The notes below the pieces were generated by a model, which was not told where the DNA came from, made no database searches, and saw only the letters and a list, made by a program, of their open reading frames with translations. A DNA stretch of 64,000 nucleotides from an uncultured Lentisphaerales bacterium (GTDB taxonomy: Bacteria > Verrucomicrobiota > Lentisphaeria > JABSQK01 > UBA12247): NCBI GenBank assembly GCA_943788985.1, contig CALSSJ010000026.1, forward strand, positions 32,001 through 96,000, given 5' to 3'. The first letter of the stretch is position 1, and the number at the start of each line of letters is the position of its first letter. Of the stretch, positions 59,641-64,000 are shown piece after piece. The position numbers and the translations under genes were made by a program.

Positions 59641-60525
59641 ATGAGCATCGCGGTCATCCGCTTCAGTGCGCTTGGCGACATCGCCAGCGCCCTCCCCTAC
59701 ATCCGCGCCCTCCGCGAGGGCCCGACCCTCATTACCAGCGGCATGGGTGCTGGCCTGCTCCAGGACGAATTCCCCGACATTCACGTACTCAAGAGCAAGC
59801 GCATCCGCGACGTGTTCAGCCTCGTTTGCGAACTCCGCAAACAGCGCTTCGACCATTTGATCGACCTGCAGAACAACGATCGCTCGCGGCTAATCCGCAG
59901 CTTGACCAGCGCGCGAGCCAAGATCTCCAGCAAGGGCATGCCAGGTGGGGTGCCCAATCTGGATAACTTCCACCGCATCATGATGCCCAGCGGCTTGCTC
60001 CAGGAACCGGACACCAGCTTTACTCCGAAGCCATGCGACTACATCGTCTTGAATGTCGCCTCCAGCTCCAAATGGCACGCAAAGCGTCTGCCAGTGGCAA
60101 AGTGGCAGCAGTTCGCAGCCTTGCTGCACGACCGCTACGGGCTGCCGTTTAAGCTCACTGGTGGGGCTGACGAGCGCGACTATGTTGCGGAGGTCGCAGC
60201 CCAGCTGCCGGGCGAGTGCGAGAATGTCGCGGGCCAGACCAGTTTAGTCGAGCTGAAGCTACTGCTGCGCAACGCCTTCTTGGTGGTGTCTACCGACTCC
60301 GCAGCCATGCAGCTAGCAGCCGCAGAAAAGACACCCACAATCGGCCTGTTCGGCTGCACGAACTGGGTCCGTGCCCGCCCGTTCGGCCCCTGGAGCACAG
60401 TGCTATACGACAAGGCCGTGTATCCCGACGATCAGCCCCCGCCGGTTAGCATCGAAACGCCCGGTGCCTACTACGACGGCATCGACCTGGCGGACGGCTT
60501 GACCGCCTTGGCCAAGTTTCTCTGA
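59641..60525 (+). CDS. Glycosyltransferase family 9 (heptosyltransferase-like)
   Basis: IRFSALGD, IDLQ, AKR.P, GQTSL, VSTDSA.MQLAAA...TIGLFG.T. Confidence 0.9.
   Translation: MSIAVIRFSALGDIASALPYIRALREGPTLITSGMGAGLLQDEFPDIHVLKSKRIRDVFSLVCELRKQRFDHLIDLQNNDRSRLIRSLTSARAKISSKGMPGGVPNLDNFHRIMMPSGLLQEPDTSFTPKPCDYIVLNVASSSKWHAKRLPVAKWQQFAALLHDRYGLPFKLTGGADERDYVAEVAAQLPGECENVAGQTSLVELKLLLRNAFLVVSTDSAAMQLAAAEKTPTIGLFGCTNWVRARPFGPWSTVLYDKAVYPDDQPPPVSIETPGAYYDGIDLADGLTALAKFL
59826..59840. repeat. Iterated 15-bp palindrome, exact copy (in GT9 gene)
   Basis: TTGCGAACTCCGCAA, with flanks extending the palindrome (GT...AC). Confidence 0.85.
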
Positions 60526-60700
60526 CGCCGCCCTAGCCCCAGTCCAAGCGATCGGTGGCCCCTCCAAAAGGTCGTCTCGGGTCGAGGTCCATCGCTAGCA
60601 GCCGATTCGAGTCGGCCCCCTCGAGGATCTGCTCGAAACCAGTTTTGTTTCGCGTAAATGAAATACGCGTGTTTCGCGGGCAGCTTCTTTAAGGGTCCTG

Positions 60701-62332
60701 CTAGTCCACCTTCCCCTGATGATGGTGCGCTAGGTATTGCGTAAACGCGTAGTGCACCACATTCACCCCCAGCTTGTAGGCCTGGTTTGCCAGCCCTTCA
60801 TGAATCCCAGAGTGCCCCGTTTTCCAGGCATCGTTCAGATCGCCCTGATGGTAGAACGCCACCCACCGCCCATCATGGCGGAGTCCGACCGCCTCGCGCC
60901 CCGAGTGATGCCAGAAGGCAGGGGCCCCATTCGGGAACAGATGCGGATGCTGAAACATCTGATCATCTCGCGAGATCGTAATCCAGCTCTTCTCCGGAAA
61001 CACCCGCTTCATCGCCGCGCGAAAGGACGTATTAAAGGTGCCGCCCCCGTTGTCAGCGAAAATCATGCCGCCCTCTTTCAGACAGTAGTCGCGCAGTGCC
61101 GTCACTTCGTGATTGGACACATTCATGCCACCGCGCCCGGTGAGAAAGACGAACGGGGGCGCCTTCCCCTTCGGAAAAAATCGCAGCCGCCCGATCGTAC
61201 GCTGCTCGGCACGCCGTGCTACTGGCAAGCCCGTGATCTGGCCCAGCTTAAACAGCATGTTGTCATCGGCTGACAGGTGCAAATCCTGATCCCAGTCGCC
61301 CCCGTCGTATTGCAGGCGAATGAAACGAACGCGCCCCGGCATGCCGTCCGGCCAGCCGCCCGAAGGGCCACTGGCATCTCCAATTTTTCCTTCGACACCG
61401 CGAGCCTGATACTCATTTTGAGTGACTTTCTCCGTTTCTTCTAAAATCTCGCTCTCGTCTGGATCAATGTGGTAGAACAGAATGTCCGTGTTCATGGAAA
61501 GCACCAGCTTCTGCTTTTTCACCTTTTCCTTTTTAACCCGCCGTATTTCAGTAAGGACTACTTTCGCGCCCTGGCCTTCCGGAATCTCGTAGGGCTCCTC
61601 CCAACCGCAGCCGCGCAACAACACCGGAATCAGAATCAGCCAGGCGCAATGCAGCCCTGTGGCCCACCAGAGCGATGACGAAAACTGTGGATCGTCCCCG
61701 CCACTGCGCAAAGCAGGCAATAAGCGATCGCCAATCAAGCGAGCTCGCCTCAGCCCGTAGTGCGCCTGTACCTTGGCCCGCAGCAGCGTCAGCCAGGCCA
61801 GCACCAGCCAGCCTCCGAGCAGGATCCCGATTCCTAGCGTGCGCAGCCAAGAAGCGTTGCGCATGAAGCGGTGAAAAGCCTGTGGCTGCAGACCGTGCAG
61901 CAATGTGGGCCCTTGTAGCAACAGCACGATTAGCAGCACAAAGGCAGCGCTGCAGGCCAGCAGCGCGACTCCCTGCAGTCTGGCAATCACTCGGCTCCGC
62001 CAGCGAGCCAAGACGACCCCAGCCAGCAGTAATACCGCTACGCCTCGCAGCGCTACTAGCACCAGTTGAAACTCGTACGAGTACGCCAACAGCCCCAGCA
62101 CCTCCAACTGGTCCTCTCCGAGCCCGGCGCCGTGCCGCAAAATGCCTGCGTCCGCCCAGACCGCCAGGATGCAAAGCACAGCCAAGCTAGTCAAGGCGGA
62201 CGCTGTCTGCGCAATCGGGCTCAGTCGGCCGAAACTCCGATCACTCAGCGCGAAGCAGGCGTTCATCAGCCAGTGCACGCTGCGATGGGCCAGCCCGCAC
62301 AGTCCCCAGAACGCTGTCCGGAGTCGGTCCAT
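60701..62332 (-). CDS. Membrane protein with C-terminal DUF4159 domain
   Basis: About 5-6 TMs, then RFIRLQY.GGDW, PFVFLTG, LRDY..EGG.IFADN, A.KLGVNVV.YA. Confidence 0.8.
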   Translation of the reverse strand: MDRLRTAFWGLCGLAHRSVHWLMNACFALSDRSFGRLSPIAQTASALTSLAVLCILAVWADAGILRHGAGLGEDQLEVLGLLAYSYEFQLVLVALRGVAVLLLAGVVLARWRSRVIARLQGVALLACSAAFVLLIVLLLQGPTLLHGLQPQAFHRFMRNASWLRTLGIGILLGGWLVLAWLTLLRAKVQAHYGLRRARLIGDRLLPALRSGGDDPQFSSSLWWATGLHCAWLILIPVLLRGCGWEEPYEIPEGQGAKVVLTEIRRVKKEKVKKQKLVLSMNTDILFYHIDPDESEILEETEKVTQNEYQARGVEGKIGDASGPSGGWPDGMPGRVRFIRLQYDGGDWDQDLHLSADDNMLFKLGQITGLPVARRAEQRTIGRLRFFPKGKAPPFVFLTGRGGMNVSNHEVTALRDYCLKEGGMIFADNGGGTFNTSFRAAMKRVFPEKSWITISRDDQMFQHPHLFPNGAPAFWHHSGREAVGLRHDGRWVAFYHQGDLNDAWKTGHSGIHEGLANQAYKLGVNVVHYAFTQYLAHHHQGKVD

Positions 62333-62739
62333 CAGAGGCCGAATTCCTCGTCCAGGCTCAGACTTGAATCCTCAGGCCGTGTTGTGTCGATCTCCCTGGC
62401 GCGGGCATCAGTTTTCTTATTCTTCTTCTGTTCCGCCTGCTCTTCGGCCTCGGCCTTCTTCTTCTCCTCACGTGCTGTACGGTTCTTCTCTGCCTCCGCA
62501 CGACGCTCCGCCAGCTGCAAGGCTCGGGCATCCTCCTCTGCCGCCTGGCGCTCGGCATCCATGGCGCCGCGCACATCCCAGGTGCCATAGCTTGTCACCT
62601 TCATGAAGTAGGGTATGGAGGTAACCCCAAGCACGGCAACATGCAGCACCAGCGCTATCACGAGCGTCGTGACAAACGGCCGCCCCTTGGCCACTGCACC
62701 CACCAGCTTATTTGCTTCATCCTGTGTATGATCTTTCAT
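62332..62739 (-). CDS. Small single-TM protein with charged helical stalk (TolA/TonB-anchor-like)
   Basis: IALVLHVAVLG TM then an E/K/A/R-rich helix; translationally coupled to its neighbours. Confidence 0.65.
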   Translation of the reverse strand: MKDHTQDEANKLVGAVAKGRPFVTTLVIALVLHVAVLGVTSIPYFMKVTSYGTWDVRGAMDAERQAAEEDARALQLAERRAEAEKNRTAREEKKKAEAEEQAEQKKNKKTDARAREIDTTRPEDSSLSLDEEFGL

Positions 62740-63134
62740 TATTCCTGCTCTCCTATCCAGGCCAATTGCGCCGCTGTCGCACTCAATGCCGAGAGCAAGG
62801 GCGAGAACTGTTCATGCCGCATGTTTTCGTCTATCTTCAACATTACCAAATTCTCCGCTCGTGCTTCCAACTCCCCGCTCACCAGCGCCTCCACATCGCC
62901 CAGCGCACAGGGCCTGCCCTGCACCCAGACCACGCCCTCTCCATCCATGCTCACAGTTACCTGGCCATCGTGGATCTTGGCGATGTCCTGAGATTTTGGG
63001 AGCGTTACGTCCACGTGCGCCTCCTTGATGAACACCGAGGTGACCATGAAAAAGATGATCAGCAGAAAGGCGATATCGCCCATCGGAGCAAACGGGACGT
63101 GCGGTTTCACGCGAGACCGGTGTTTCAGCTTCAT
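62739..63134 (-). CDS. ExbD/TolR family protein
   Basis: VPFAPMGDIAFLLIIFFMVTS. Confidence 0.9.
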   Translation of the reverse strand: MKLKHRSRVKPHVPFAPMGDIAFLLIIFFMVTSVFIKEAHVDVTLPKSQDIAKIHDGQVTVSMDGEGVVWVQGRPCALGDVEALVSGELEARAENLVMLKIDENMRHEQFSPLLSALSATAAQLAWIGEQE

Positions 63135-63544
63135 TGACTTTCTTCCTCAAATATGGCGAGGATACCGCCAGCGTCCGCCACTGCCGCAACCACCTGGTAA
63201 TAGCGGCCACAGCGCACGCCCGGCGAACTTTCAATCCAGACCAAGCGCTCCTCATCGGGACGGTCCGCCAGCTGCGCGTCGCTCAGATACTCGCGCAGCG
63301 ACTGCAGCCCCGCGAGTTCATCCTCACCATTCAGCATAATGCGCTCGGGCGTCAGATGAATCGTCAACACCTCATTCTGGACGTTCTCCGGATCCTTGCT
63401 CGCGGACGGAAGCTCCAGCTTCTGCCCGCTGTTTCTCACGAAAGTCGACGTCAGAATGAAGAAGATGATCAGCAGAAAGGCGACGTCCGCAAATGCCACC
63501 AGATCGGCAGCGGCCTCCACACGTTTCCGCCGGGAGAGTTTCAT
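63131..63544 (-). CDS. ExbD/TolR family protein
   Basis: LVAFADVAFLLIIFFILTSTF. Confidence 0.9.
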   Translation of the reverse strand: MKLSRRKRVEAAADLVAFADVAFLLIIFFILTSTFVRNSGQKLELPSASKDPENVQNEVLTIHLTPERIMLNGEDELAGLQSLREYLSDAQLADRPDEERLVWIESSPGVRCGRYYQVVAAVADAGGILAIFEEESQ

Positions 63545-64000
63545 GCGGCATGCTCGAAATCAATCACATTCAAAATCGTATTGGCGGCTTCCTCCACGTC
63601 CAGGGACACCCGTTCTACGCGCCGGGAGAAGACGTTGTGAAAGATCACAGCCGGGATTGCCACGATTAATCCTGCGGCCGTCGTCACCAGAGCCATGGAG
63701 ATGCCAGAAGCCACGGCTCCACCATCGAGTCCGCCCACAGCGGCCATGCTGTCGAATGAGGTAATCATGCCGACCACAGTACCGGTCATACCGACCAGCG
63801 GGGCCACGCTGCCGACCATGGCCAAGTAGTTCAGACGCTTCTCCAGCATCTCCAGCACGCGCGGCGCATAGTCGATCATCGCTCGGCTCACCAGCTCCGA
63901 AACCTGCCCGGTCTTCCCCGCCTCGGTCAGTTTCTGATAGTGCGACACGCCTACCAGCGCGACAGCTGCCGCCGGACCGCCCGTCTCCCGGCAGACCGCC
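63541..64000 (-). CDS. MotA/TolQ/ExbB proton channel (5' end outside the window)
   Basis: APLVGMTGTVVGMI.SF, GIS.ALVTTAAGLIVAIP. Confidence 0.92.
   Translation of the reverse strand, partial: AVCRETGGPAAAVALVGVSHYQKLTEAGKTGQVSELVSRAMIDYAPRVLEMLEKRLNYLAMVGSVAPLVGMTGTVVGMITSFDSMAAVGGLDGGAVASGISMALVTTAAGLIVAIPAVIFHNVFSRRVERVSLDVEEAANTILNVIDFEHAA

Noticed and set aside
1189..60199. Palindrome copies as CRISPR repeats, parS or IS ends
   Set aside because: Dispersed rather than regularly spaced; no cas, parAB or transposase genes; no shared flanks; sequence unlike parS.

Overview
64 kb of GC-rich (roughly 60%) bacterial chromosome, most likely from the PVC superphylum and plausibly Lentisphaerota. 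This is inferred from the murD-LysM pairing, mcsA-mcsB-clpC without ctsR, sulfatases, large Ser/Thr kinases, PVC-type Zn ribbons and a DUF4159 cluster. Clustered indels break even housekeeping genes (clpC, lepA), which suggests an unpolished long-read assembly. Content in order: CzcB/CzcA-type RND efflux pair; mcsA-mcsB-clpC-sigma70; prfA; a tandem-kinase/helical-repeat/FGE-fold protein divergent from a pseudo-REC-PATAN-pseudoGTPase protein; MoxR plus bpX2-like gene; murD-LysM; a partial mevalonate cluster (hmgR-fni-mvaS) joined to dnaG; sulfatases; an ECF sigma cassette; aroC; a TtpC-type TonB operon; a three-gene membrane glycosylation-like operon; rplY-pth-rpsF-ssb-rpsR-rplI-rpmA-chaC; a second kinase; lepA-thiS-thiG-GT9; and an ExbB-ExbD-ExbD-X-DUF4159 operon. 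No rRNA, tRNA, CRISPR array or transposase was recognised. The most striking signal not explained by the genes is a 15-bp palindrome, TTGCGRA(C/G)TYCGCAA. It has 8 exact and about 20 near-exact copies across the window, mostly inside CDSs and in all three reading frames, and is a candidate novel DNA-uptake or chromosome-organisation motif. Nine putative sigma70 promoters also share a 16-bp -35/-10 spacer.
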